A stretch of DNA of 62,477 nucleotides, the filler included, from Choristocarpus tenellus KU-1152 (taxonomy: Eukaryota > Protista > Phaeophyceae), in assembly GCA_964200185.2 (NCBI GenBank). It is 11 parts of 11 records of this genome, joined end to end, with 100 filler letters (N's around TTAATTAATTAA, not from the genome) between each part and the next. Parts side by side here need not be neighbours in the genome. Positions count along the whole stretch, not along the records: positions 47,081 to 52,539 come from CAXNAD020010718.1; positions 52,640 to 59,011 come from CAXNAD020008281.1; positions 59,112 to 62,477 come from CAXNAD020020504.1; 8 more parts are not named here. The stretch is one strand, 5' to 3'. Shown here piece by piece: positions 50,486 to 62,477 of the stretch. How positions within the stretch are numbered: the stretch's first letter is position 1; each line of letters opens with the position of its first letter. Below the pieces are notes generated by a model, which worked only from the letters and a program-made list of their open reading frames with translations, had not been told where the DNA came from and ran no database searches. Made by a program: the position numbers and the translations under genes.

Positions 50486-52302
50486 TCCACTGCTGATACA
50501 CCTGCCAGCTATGAGGCTTTCTGGTCCGTCGTTGCCGCGCAACAGGAGCAGGAGCGGTCTGGAACTTCCTCGTCGTGGAAGAAGACCACAGCGAGTGCAG
50601 GCGGTGGTAGGACCACTGGGGCCGGGGTCTGTGCCCTATGCACTGACAGGACGCCTGGGCGTTGGATCACACGCTGCAAGGGTGCGGGTCGGAAGCTTTG
50701 CCAGTTGTGGGCCCACCCTTCGTGTGCTTGGGAGGTAAGCTGCTGTTCGTTTTTATGGATACGCCAACTTTGGTCTACTGATACAGAATACCCATCGTCA
50801 ATCATAGATCCCTTTTGGATGTACGCCCGAAGGTGAATACCTCCCAATGCATTTTGTTCACCTATTCAAATCCCCTTGGAAGCAGCATTTGGAGACTTTA
50901 GACTCATTTCAAAGCCTATGATCAACCTCTATGGAGTAGTGGTATCACTCTCTCCCCAACTTTGTGCGTATGTGTTATTACCCCGTACCCATCGCCATGC
51001 AACCCTATATTCGAAAGAACGAGGGCTATGCCGTACGATCCTTAGTGGGTGGAAAGAGCAGGACTGGAGGAGCTGCTGCGGTGGATGTGGATCGGGAGGA
51101 GGCTCGCGTTCCTGCAGTGTTCTTTGCCTGCCCAGAACATGACAAGCCACCAACATACTGCTCATGTGGTCGTGAGGAAGGGGATCAGGGCAAGGAGGAG
51201 GAGGAGGAGTGAGTGTGCATGTTTGAATGTGGTTATGGTAAGGGGAAGCGGGGTTGGGCTAGCATTGGTGATGGAATGGCCGACTTCTTGATGCGATTCG
51301 GGTCAGATAAGCTGCATAAACCTTGTGTAACAATGGAGATACCAATCTTTGCAGTCTCCTGTGGCCATGAAAAAAAAATTGGCAATCTGTGATAAACGAT
51401 TGCATGTTTTTATTTTGAAGTACCCCAAATGTTGCATGAAAGTCGTCAGGTTCTCACGTGTTTTGATCCTGAAGAAGTGTGCTGGCAATGCAGTTGCCAT
51501 GTTCAGCACAGGATAGATACCAGCAAGCCTTTTTTCTGACGAATGGAGACCCCGAGGGTGCTCATGGAGACATGCTGAGGTCTACCCTTTGAGTTTTACT
51601 TGTGCCTTGTGAGGCGTGTGTGTTCATTGGTGATGAAGGCAAAGAATGGGAAGGGGGGGCCTTGAAGTGTTTATGGTTTAGTTGTTTGGAGGGGCAACGC
51701 ACAGGTGACTGCCTTTATTTGAGGGGAATGAGAAGAGACAAATATTTTAAACTCTGAGTTTGCCCTGTTACTATGAAATTTTTCACTATTACCCTTTCGA
51801 TGCTGAAGGCGAGAGGAGAGGCTTTGATATTAGGTGCATAAGTGAGGCTCAGTGATGGTTGGTGACATATCCCACATTGCTCCCTCTGGATTGATCCAAG
51901 GACAGCAATGGCATAGAACATGTGTGGAGGAAGACTTCTTTTGAAGGGCCTTTTTTGTGTGTGGAAATACACTGTTGCATCTTGTCTGGTCATGCCTCAT
52001 CTCCATGCACTCACTCCACCTGAAGCATTGTACAACATGTGGTGCTCTTAAGGATGATTACCCCTTCCTCTTTCTCCCCGCCGCCTCTCTCTCTCCCTCT
52101 CCCCTGGATATGCAGAGACTATATTGAGTGTGAGAGCTGCTGCGAGTGGTACCACTTCTCATGTGAGGGGTTGGATGAGACTTCTCCTCCAGATCCTTTT
52201 AGTTGCAAGCGGTGCAAGAAGCTGGCATTGGCTGGCAAGTCTGTATCGGAGGCTGAAAGGCGCAGGAACCAGGCGAAGACTAATGACTACGAGAGCGAGA
52301 TG
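50486..52302 (+). CDS. Chromatin protein with an ePHD-like zinc finger followed by a PHD finger (partial)
   Basis: Exons 50486-50734, 51018-51208 and 52116-~52302, in phase. CALC..RC..CQLWAHPSCA..FACPEH, then YCSC..YIECESCCEWYHFSC..FSCKRC (C4HC3). Confidence 0.85.
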
Positions 52303-52367
52303 GTGTGGCAGAGTTATTGCAGTAACATATAGTAACATATAAACAAATTCTCCTGTCGTGTTCAAGT

Positions 52368-52539
52368 GGGTCAAAGTATCTGGGGGGGGGTGTCGGTGTC
52401 CGTTTTTAGCCCTTTTTTCTATTATCACTTTTTTGGTGTGATTGGTCGCACTTGTCGGATTTGAAATGTCAGCAAAAAAAGAGTTTTTTGACCGAAATGG
52501 ACGCCCCCTCACAAACCACCCCCCCCCCCCCACATACTT
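52368..52539. mobile_element. MITE family B, diverged (contig end)
   Basis: GGGTCAAAGTATCT, poly-G ... AAATGGAC, poly-C, ACATACTT. Confidence 0.8.
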
Positions 52540-54220
52540 NNNNNNNNNNNNNNNNNNNNNNNNNNNNNNNNNNNNNNNNNNNNTTAATTAATTAANNNNN
52601 NNNNNNNNNNNNNNNNNNNNNNNNNNNNNNNNNNNNNNNAAAAATAAAAAAAAAAAAAAAAAAAAAACATATCGGTACTTTTTTCACACCATTTTCGGTC
52701 AAACCCATCCTCAACGGTACGCTCCATCCTCAATTCTTAAAATCCACTGTTATTCTCTAAATGATATATTATTGTGGGCATGCAACCACATACATACTGG
52801 TCAACCTACGCGCAAGCATAGTTCAAGCTTATCGATTTGATGTGCCTTTGTGCCTATGAGTGGGTTGGTCGGGCTGGACTAGGTGGTTTGGGTGTGGTGG
52901 CTTAATTGCGAACTATAAATGTCAACCTTCAAAAATATACATTTTTGAAGAACTCGATCTTGTTAACATACAAGTTTGATACTGGATTATGTTTGCATTC
53001 GATATTCTACGTACACATACATGTAACATACTATTCAACACATAGACCAAGATGGAGGAGTAAGCAACAACAGTAGGAACCCCTTTACAAGGGTTAACGG
53101 GGGGATTATCTTTTTGCATCAGTCATTGCCAACATGGAAAAATGACATATTTGCCCTTTCTCAGGATCCTTAAAATACAACCTTGCCTACGTCTCGGTTG
53201 GTTTAACTGGATGCAAAGGCGGAAATAATGGAACTAAATCTCAAGTATGTACTGCTTTCTCTGCCTATATTTCTTATTATTATGTTATGTGTTCAATGTG
53301 TGTGTACCCGTCCATGTTACCTGTCCTGCAAAGTCTTCCATAATAATAGGTGGGTGTACCTCCAGTTAAGGCGGGCCAATTTGAACTCTGCTGGAAATTG
53401 CCATCCCCTGCCTACACCCAAGCGACTAACTGGTTGGCAAAAGCTGAAATGACCCTCTTCGCTGTTCTCCGCTCTGTCGCCTTCCGCTCAAAGTTGTAGG
53501 ACAGCAGTTGTAGGGACTACACACCTGATTACTGCGTCAAGCCCCCTCCCTGCCTGATATGTGCCCAGGTTCATTAGGAGAGGCTGTGATCAACGGAAAT
53601 AACCAAACAATTTGCGATGATTCGGACCTGTCTGTGTTTGATGTGTCAAGGTAGTCTACATGACACTTCTTTTTATTGATGTACTCCTGAATTCTATCTA
53701 CCATTACTCGTCGTTACCAGGCAGGTAAGACAAAGATTGACTACCTGGATAATTTCCTTCTTCTAGACTTCGGCCATATCTAGTCGACCCTGACTGACTG
53801 TAACATAGTGCTATATGTGGATAGGAGTGCACAGATAATAGGTAGATGTGAGGTGTGTGTGTCTATATTTCCTCAACCATATCATGCTGGTAAGTAATAG
53901 CCACGCACGCATCCGTCCAGCAGCAGACAACCATATACAGGCAATCCGTCCAGCCTCTGATTGCAAAGCCCATGCATTGCGGTCAAACCCAGAATCCAGA
54001 ACAACAGTACAATAGATGAGTGAAGGGTCACTATTATATATTTAGGTGCGTAACGGGTGAAAACAAAAAGCGCGGTATCGTGTCAGAGCTCGCCAAACCC
54101 GCGCGCTACACGCTGGCTTTTTCGGGCAGTGAAGGAAAGAGTACAGAGAGACCCTGACAATTGTCCTACTCCAAGGGACGACTACTTTATTGAGGTTTTG
54201 GGCGACTATAACCGTGTAAC

Positions 54221-55611
54221 ATGAATCGTCTTGTCAAGCACGGCGCCGAGGCCCTCAAACCTCGGCGGAATGGAGTGAAGTGGTTTCCTCCACAGGTATC
54301 ACAGCGCAAGGCCAAAGTCCTCCGAAAACAGGCAATCCGAGATGGTACCTTTGGTACCGTCACTAATTGTGAAGGTATAAAGCTGTCGACCACTGCAGTG
54401 AATCCCCAGAAAATTTGTGCATGTCTATAAATATAGAGGCTAGTTTGTAATATGTGGGAAATGACTTGAGAGAACGCATCGTTGAGTCAGACCCATGGCT
54501 AATATTGAGGGCCTACCAAGTACGGGGACAGAAATCTCCATCGTGAAGAACAAGGTCTTGTTGTAGATCTTGGTGCTAATTAAATTGTTGTGAGCTTGCC
54601 CGGAGGGAATCTTTCATGGCAAGGAAGAGTTGGATGTGCCAATCCCTCTATGTACAATCTCAACTTACCAACTCGAGATTGAACCTTCTGCTTTGACCGC
54701 AGGCGAGATTGTTGGCTGGGATCCTCAATGGGACCACCACCCACCGCGTGCTCCAAGCGTCGGACGTCCTCCTAAGCTCCATAAAAACCAGAGAAACAGG
54801 GCGGAACGAGCGGAGAAGGTGAGTGGCAGTGTGCAAAGGTGGGCATTGATTACCTGTATCTATCATTCGTGTCGTTCCTTGGAGAACCAACTCCCTTTGG
54901 TGTTGCGAAACAAACACCTTGGAAGCATGCTGAATGTCGATACAGATAAGACGCCTGTTTCCCTCACCTTACCGCATATATCGTGAAACGGAGACCAAAC
55001 AAGCGTGGAATATCTTTGTCTACCTTTCCGTTGCGATAACCATGGGGGTACTCCTACATCTAGGTATCAGAGCAGTATGAGCAATGCAAGGAGCATTTCT
55101 TAGCCGTTAGATGTGTAAATGGATGTGTAAAGCTTAGTATCGCGTCAAATGCAAGTGCAAGTGACCCCTACATTTTACTATACCCCACGTAAACAAGAGC
55201 CCTTTCAATATTGAATCGTGTTTTTAATTCACAACATCATGCAATTATCCTCTCGTGCCACCTCTAAGGTGTGTTTCTCTCCTTCTTTCGCTTGTGTTCC
55301 TGGTATACCCACTGTCTCCTCTCCCACCGGCTGCCAAGTAGGCTTTCAAATTCCCACTGGAGTGAAACGATGCCCAATATTTTGTTGTCCGCGTATTTCT
55401 TAGTTCAGACCGAAGACGCAGGGCCCATTACTTCACTTTGTTTTTTTTGTTTTTTTTGTGGCGTTTAAAAACTCAGATCACTGTCAAGCTGGCAGAGCAG
55501 CCCAAGAGAATGGAGGAGCTGAAGAAGGCCCGGAATGCCGGTAAACAATATGAGGAAGGCATCATGGGTCTTATCAAGCGCCTCAACAACCAAGGGAAGA
55601 AGAGAAGATGA
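54221..55611 (+). CDS. Mitochondrial ribosomal protein mL59 (yeast MRPL25-like), 3 exons, complete
   Basis: Exons 54221-54353, 54703-54818 and 55477-55611, in phase. WFPPQVSQRKAKVLRKQAI...PPKLHKNQRNRAERAEKITVKLAEQPKRMEE fits the mL59 pattern. Confidence 0.75.
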
Positions 55612-55749
55612 TGAAATGCAGCCAGGATGGGGATGGACGTTATATCTACTTTAGTAGGATGCATTAAGGTCGTTGGTCCAATTGAAGTAGGGGATATAGA
55701 CAAGTCCAAGAGAGGTGAAGCATAGGTTTGATTGGTAACGGTCTGCATG

Positions 55750-55797
55750 TCATGGTACTTTTCATGGTACTTTTCATGGTACTTCTCATGGTACTTC
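55750..55797. repeat. 12-bp tandem repeat x4 (TCATGGTACTTT) in the 3' region of the mL59 gene
   Basis: Direct observation. Confidence 0.9.
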
Positions 55798-56619
55798 GAT
55801 TCCACTTTTAAATGGCGTTTTGATCACTGTTCCTGCTAAGGTTAAGGTTTACAGTTAGGGTTCATTCAATTATGCTATACCAGCATGGTCTATGGCAATG
55901 GACAATATGGGTAGAGGTTACTGACTGGGGGGGGGGATTCTCAAAGATAACATCTACCTGCCCCCCCCCTCCCCTTTACCAAAATGATACCCCCTTGGAG
56001 CATGTAAGGGTGAAAACCGTTTCATTTGCTCTGCCCCGCTTTATGTGCTGAAGGAGGGAAGGTAGGTTTCCTGCTAAGTAAGGGATTGAGCTTGCAGGCA
56101 TACATGTTACATAGCATCGCATGTGTACGGCCAGGTTATGGGAGGCCTATGCGCACTTGGTCAGGCGCGTCGCTGGTGAAGCTATCATGGCAGTAGCACC
56201 GATGATGTGTACATTGAGTCCAGTAGTTCTCTTGGAGTACTTATGTCGTGGATTGTCTGTGTGTTTGTTTGTCTGTGCATGTGTGCACACAAATGAAGAC
56301 CATGTGATATTTACGTATAGATGGTGACAAAGGATGTCTTCTAGTATTTCGAAGTATGTGTTCGTTGTTTGTGTAGTGCTATGTGGAGTGTAAAACATTT
56401 TTAGGATGTGGATGTGGATGAAAGTGAATGTGTTAAGGTAACTATCTTTGTATCTGCCTGACACTGTTGATCTGATGTCAGGATTTTTCATCGCATCACT
56501 GGGGTTTGATTGTGTAGTAGCTGATGCCCAATACTGCCTGACTTTCCTATTTTAGTGTATCTCACAGAACTTGTGTTAGCACCATAGTGGACAGGTTTTC
56601 CTATTCAGTACCATTGCCT

Positions 56620-58300
56620 AATGAAATAAAGAGAAGAGCTGAATAACCTGCAAAAGGAATGCATTATGAGATGCTCCATGTCTCTTGGGAGGACAAAGTT
56701 ATAACAGTAGTGTGTTAATGTAAGACAGGAGTTCCTCCACTCCCCAAGGCATGGCACCAATCCATGGTAGTGTACCTCAGGATGATTTGAAGGTTACATG
56801 ACAAACGCATATACATCTGACATTTTAAGACCGAACTGGATTGAAGTTATTAAGGTATCATCTTCAACACCTCCCTGTTAGGGAGTGACCACTAACCATG
56901 GCGCTCTTGAAAAGATCACATAGGACCCGCCCAACACTCGACTAGAGGCTGAATTTTGGTGTTTGTGTCACCACAGGCTCTGGTAAGGTTGATATAGTGT
57001 TAGAGCCTGATCTTATTTAATTCTGGAGAGAGTTCACTTCAGGGTGATCAAATGAAGGTTGCAACAAAGGGGGACAGAGTGAACTAGGTAAAGAGAGGAT
57101 GGGCAGACACGTTCAAGTGTGGGCGGGAATATGTGCGTAAGTATGCATTTGTCGGGGCCAACCACCAGGGATGTTGTAAAGATTACGACTATACTCAAGG
57201 GAACGACCGTGTGAGATCTCCAGCCGGTCTTGTCATGAGCACTTTCAGGAAATATAATGGAGATCTGACACCGAGAATCAAATCAGTTGGCTCCCAGATC
57301 AACGAATGATTTGAGGTGGAATGCAGATTGTCAACTACCAACGGTGACAGAGAGGAGAAGATGAAGGAAGCTCTTCAAAGGCGGCAGCAGGGGACTGACT
57401 TTATTAGGCATGACAGATGCTCTTGGCCTTGCAATTGCTGAAGGGACTTTAGGCGGGAGGGAGGGAAGGATCCTTCTATTGATTCTTTGGAGAAGGTAGG
57501 CGTATTGTAGTACTCAAAAGGCACCGTGATGGCCTGTGCTTTGTACTCTCTGTTGATAGCTAACAACTCAATAATGGGATATCTTTGATATACCACTCAC
57601 ATGGCACCACTCAGTTTATCGCCAGTCAGCAGACATGATGTCAAGGAATCTACATCTGACCTTGCGTATTCTATTGTAATCTACAAATGGTCGAAACCTC
57701 CAAATGTACAGTACCACACGGACTTCGCACTCAATAATAGATACGAAGCAATACCAACACAACACCGAACAGGTGAGTTCTGTAGGGGCCAAAGTCAAAC
57801 TCCCACGCACCCCACAAAGGCATTTTGGTCCTCAAGGGAAATCCACCGGAGTTCAACTAGTAAGAAGTAGATACCACAGTGGTTCAACGTCTTCACAACG
57901 CCAGCTTTCCACCATCCCTATCAATATCGAGTCTATCTGTTCGTGAAGGCTTGTCGTGTACTCAAGGGACCTCTTGGAGCACACCAGATTCTTCAAGAAA
58001 GTCTCAAGGCATGCGTGTCGATGGACAGACAGGAAACAGCACACTATCTGAGGCACTCTCCGTCCAGTTCCTAGGAAAGCACCACTGGAGGTGTAAGAGC
58101 AGAGTGGAATGCGCACGCCTCCTGTCCACCATGCATTAACCCCCAGTGAACAGACCTCCATACGCTTGCTTGATTTGCCTGGCTGTAGAATACCATGCAG
58201 CCCTCAAGTTTAGTACTTAGTCATTGTCTTGATGACCACGTTCATCTGAGTTTCCGCATGGAGATTTTTCTCGCTTAGTCAAGGGGTGTCCTGTCCACAA
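56620..58300 (-). mobile_element. Highly degenerate Ty1/Copia pol relic (RT to RNase H)
   Basis: Collinear decayed motifs LRLS*RI, WWKAGV..., VDFP*GPK..WEF, FRPFVDYNRIR..LDIMS, SFVDLG..ILGV follow Copia RT order; many stops and frameshifts. No LTRs recognised. Confidence 0.5.
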
Positions 58301-59111
58301 GGCTTTTTCTGTGCGACGATGCAGAGCCATTACTCTGAGAATTGTAAAAGAAGCACCGTGGCTGACACAGGTATAGTCCAAACCCTGAGTAAGCATGAGG
58401 AAGTTGCGAGGCAGGGTACGCACTACCTTCCCTCCCAGAAACCCGAAGGTGGCAAATAGTATTCCGGAGTATTTAGAGCTACCAAAGTTTTCTCACCACC
58501 AACTCTATTCTGCTTCTGTTGCAAGTAGTGCTGATACAAGCATAAACATCAGATCCGGTACTGGGTATGTGTCGTAGCGTAGAGGTGTGCCTTTCTGTCA
58601 TTTTTTTCATATTTTCACTCTATTTTTTATTTTTAACATCATTGTGACAAGTCGGAATCAATCCCTACTGGTATTGAACATCTTCCTTTTTTTGAATAGT
58701 GCAGAGGATTTTATGAGAGAGAGTGGTAAACTGCATGCTTAGTGGTAGAGCCAGTAAGTTTGTGGATGATTGGCATTACATCAAATTTGTGATGACTACA
58801 ACTCCTTAATAGTGGTCCTGGTCTGAGTCGTACCATGGGGATATGCCCACCAGTGACTAGTTTCTGATTGCTCTTCCACTTTTCCCTTCGTTGCGCTCCT
58901 GGCTGGTTGTATTCAAGTGGGAAGAGGCCCTATTAGAATAACCTTGGACCTTAAAGATACTGGTACTGGTACTGGTGTTGAACTATCCCACACTGGACCC
59001 GCGGCTTTTATNNNNNNNNNNNNNNNNNNNNNNNNNNNNNNNNNNNNNNNNNNNNTTAATTAATTAANNNNNNNNNNNNNNNNNNNNNNNNNNNNNNNNN
59101 NNNNNNNNNNN

Positions 59112-59139
59112 TGTGTGTGTGTGTGTGTGTGTATGTGTG

Positions 59140-59171
<32 letters not shown>

Positions 59172-59176
59172 TGTGT
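59112..59176. repeat. (TG)n/(GCGT)n microsatellite at contig start
   Basis: Direct observation. Confidence 0.95.
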
Positions 59177-59719
59177 GGTATATGTGGTATATGTGGAATT
59201 TGCTGCACTGTTTGGGTTGGAACCCTAAAAAAGGTAGGCCGAAGCCTTGCACGCCTTTATTTGTCCTTGCTAATTCCACTCTTTTTTGTTCTAGATATTT
59301 TCATGTGTGTGAGTGTATATATATATATTTTTTCCTTTCTACTGTATAGTACAATGCTTCCTATATTCTTGTTCGCCGGTTTTGTGAGCTTGAGTCTGTA
59401 TAGATTGGAACGTAGGTGTTTGATAGATAGTGCAGTGATAGCGATACTTTGTAATAGCATGCGAAGTACACTATTTTTTTTTTAGGAAGTACGAATTTAC
59501 TACTACTACTGCTACTTCTACTAACAATAGTAATAATGATGGTAATAATACCAACAATAAAATAATAGTTCACGGTTTGCCATCTTCTGAACTAATGTTA
59601 TAGGCCATATACGTAATATAGTGGACTATTGTGTGCCTTCTATGGCAGAGATGTCCAATTACTATAATGATAATATTATATTAATTATTGCTGGTGTTGC
59701 TTGTCTTCAACTTAGTCTG

Positions 59720-59981
59720 GAGCAAAAGTATCTTAGGGTTAGGGTAGGAGTTTTGCACTGTTCGTCCATTGAGGTTTGGCTTCCCACGGGTTCTTATGAC
59801 ATCTCAACTACTCCAAAATGTTCTGGAGTGGGTAAAATATATACGTTATGAGAATGGGTGTCCAGAACCAAGGATATTGGCACTTTCTAACAAACAAAAC
59901 AGCAAAAATTTCATCGAAATCTCAACATTGGATTTTGGCCCCCAAATGGACGCGGCTCTACCCTCTAAAATACTTTGACTC
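59720..59981. mobile_element. MITE family A, full length
   Basis: GAGCAAAAGTATCT ... CCCTCTAAAATACTTTGACTC; 4-bp duplication TCTG/TCTG. Confidence 0.93.
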
Positions 59982-60640
59982 TCTGGGGACTATCTCAACC
60001 CGTGGTCAGAGGCACTAACTACACACTGCACTACAACTAAATGCACTGCCTCTGTCCTCACTCAGCCGGTTGGGTTGGCCTTGCCCCTCAAATCTTGTGC
60101 TGGACCTGCCTTCACTTTTCTCGGCAATGATGCCTTGCCTCCTTGTTTTGGTTTTCTCGCATATTCATGGTACAAGCGAGATTTATGTAAGATGGTACAG
60201 GAGTCGTGGTGTGAAACCAGATTTCCGCGAAAAAGTGATGTCATATGAAGGGGTTCGAACCTATGAATGTGATGCAGGAAGTACGTTTCATTTCCATTTC
60301 ACCACCGACTTCAGAGGGCCAACAAGACACATTATCATTTGTTCGACCTATCTGAACTATCTCATTGCACCATACGTAGGGATACATTTTATCGATGGGA
60401 CGACTTGAATTGTAACTCTAACATCCCCTTATTCTCAGCAAAAATCGCAAAAGCACTATAATATACGTATACTTACAGACAATGACATGGATTCTGCACT
60501 AGCAAGGATGTGTGTGTGTGTGTGTGTGTGAGTGTGTGTGTGTGTGCCTTGGTTGCCGTTCCCCCTGTCCTCAGTTTCCTTGTGTCTTCGCCAAGACCCT
60601 TTTCCTCGTTACACATGTTTGCTCACCCCTCTTTTCAAAG

Positions 60641-62121
60641 GGAGGAAGCGTTTGCCTTCTTGAGAGGGCTGCACGGCTTTGGCGAGTTTGCAGCATCGAA
60701 TGTTCTACAACTGCTTGGGCACTTTGACTGCTTCCCTCTTGACAGCGAGACGGTGTGTACGTCCCTCCAAAAAAAGTGCATTTTGTGCTACTACTGTGCC
60801 TGTTGTTGCATGGACGTGAGATCTCCTGTCGTATGTACACTCTTTTTGTTGACTCTTGACCTCCTGAGTCAGCAGTAAGAGGGTTAGCTAACCCTAACCC
60901 TAGCCTGTACTGTCTGCGGTGGTAGTATATATTTCACAGCAATGTGTGCATTTGTACTCTGATGTTTTTGATAGTGGTGGTTTGCAGGACTCAGTATATA
61001 AGTACCAGGTACTAGTTGTGGTTAACGATAGAGACAGATGGGAGGGAGGAGTGAAAGTATCTTGGAGGGTAGGAATTTGCCCCGTTAGTTCATTTGGGGC
61101 TTGGCTTCCAATGGGTTTTTTTATAACATTTTCCTACTCCAAAATGTTTTCGAGTAGGTAAAATGTATACATTATGAAAAGGTGCTTCTGGAACAAGGAT
61201 ATTGACACCTCCTGACAAACACGATAGTCAAATTACATCAAAATTGCAACATTGGGTTTTGGTCTCAAAATGGACGCGGCCCTACCCTCTAAGATACTTT
61301 GGCTCGGAGGGAGAGTAAGGGTTCATCAGCAGTGGGGGCTAGGTTTGGGGATAAATCAGCGTGAGCTACTAGAGCCCTGTCAACCCCACAAATATCTGCA
61401 GGATCATTCCTGTATTGTTTCTGACTTGAGTGTCTTGATCAAACCTTCTTGTGTCATATATATTTATGACTTGCCTAGCCCTCCGTCTTTTACCTTGTAC
61501 TATTAGCATCCTTACTCAATATATGCATCTTTTGAAATTTCAATGTACAGAAGCGTTTCAACATATTCCTAACTCTTTTCACAGCCTGTATTTAACCTGT
61601 GTATATTCTGAAATAGATACTGCGATGCATCCACTAAGGATAAGCCACACCATCTTAGAGGGAGTTGCCTTTTGCCCCATTCGAGTATTTAGGGCTTTTA
61701 AAACATTTTACTGACACATAATTCTCATGCCTGAAATACAGCTAACCCAACTTGGGAGTTGGTGGCTGCGGAAGAGGAGGTCAGTGTTCACCTGCATAAG
61801 TGCTAAATCGACCTCAAGAGTGCTAGAAGCTCATTTACCAGTAGGCAGTCACCAGGATCTCAAGTACTCAACACCTTCCCCCCTCTACAAGTTAGGATGC
61901 TCAATTATTCTACCCTGTCAAGTCCCATGTATGCTCTGTAGTATACCCAATGCCTTTGTATGTATGGTTATTATATATCCAAATGTTTTTGTTCACTGTC
62001 CTTTTACACCTGACTGGATCAGGTGCGGCATTTCCGAGAGGTTCACGGGGTGGTAACAAAGAATGTTGCTGAGGTTGCCCCCAAGGCCCGTCTCCGGTAT
62101 GACCCCTATCAACCCTACCAG
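60641..62121 (+). CDS. HhH-GPD superfamily DNA glycosylase-like protein, internal exons
   Basis: Exons 60641-60752 and 62023-62121, in phase: FLRGLHGFGEFAASNVLQLLGHFDCFPLDSET|VRHFREVHG..YDPYQPYQ (HhH hairpin LxGFG plus catalytic-type P-x-D). Confidence 0.8.
61049..61305. mobile_element. MITE family A, full length (intronic)
   Basis: GAGTGAAAGTATCTTGGAGGG ... CCCTCTAAGATACTTTGGCTC; duplication GGAG/GGAG. Confidence 0.93.
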
Positions 62122-62442
62122 GTGAGAGGTGAATTGGGTTTCTTTTTGCGTAGTGTTGGGAAGGGGCAGGCTGTGGATTTTGCCACATCTCTTTGCTGCT
62201 ATCCTCTGTAGAAGCTTTGGTGATCTAAAAGAATGCCCATATTCATTAATGGGGGTAAAGAGGGGGGAGGGAGCAGGTAGGGCAAGTGGTCGAGTAATGG
62301 ATGGCGAAACACATTGTGTGAGATCATTTTGGTGCGCGGTGTGCCCTGCTGGAAGAGGTCTTGCTGTTTTGAGTTAATATTTGTTGGGACTTGGTGAGGT
62401 TGACCTTGAGGCCAAACCTATGCTTATTTCCAAGGACAATAT

Positions 62443-62477
<35 letters not shown>

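Noticed and set aside
595-61305. MITEs as Introner-type intron-generating elements
   Set aside because: Copies sit inside existing introns or intergenic DNA and do not define intron boundaries, with the possible exception of 32748.
1-62477. Functional gene cluster linking MMAB, glycosylase, PHD, OTU and other genes
   Set aside because: The genes lie on different, arbitrarily concatenated contigs.
62443-62477. Terminal poly-C tract
   Set aside because: Homopolymer at the window edge; probably MITE-B-like or sequencing-related, not interpretable.

Overview
Eukaryotic, intron-rich DNA, most consistent with a flagellate-stage stramenopile alga such as a brown alga or close relative (inference from gene content and intron style). 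The window is not contiguous. It is 11 short contigs joined by artificial 100-nt spacers (N44-TTAATTAATTAA-N44), so neighbourhood across spacers means nothing. Spliced genes or fragments I could reconstruct by hand: WD40 exons, a 7-exon internal piece of CFAP46 with a GC-AG intron, the 5' part of a TMC-like channel head-to-head with a complete PduO-type cobalamin adenosyltransferase (MMAB), an unknown gene 3' end, a 2-kb ankyrin-repeat terminal exon, a coiled-coil gene, an At5g02240-like NAD(P)-binding protein 3' end, an ePHD/PHD finger gene, mitochondrial ribosomal protein mL59 and an HhH-GPD glycosylase-like gene. Repeats: about 19 copies of two MITE families, four decayed LINE 3' fragments, a Copia relic and an ~8-kb decayed multi-exon gene carrying an OTU/otubain-like protease domain. 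Most notable: the two otherwise dissimilar MITE families share bipartite, asymmetric ends (AAAGTATCT box, spacer, GTCCATTTGG box; spacer 16-17 nt at one end and mostly 26 or ~28-30 nt at the other), reminiscent of a 12/23-type rule, with 3- or 4-bp target duplications. The DNA also shows CpG depletion with CpG-rich islands at gene starts.
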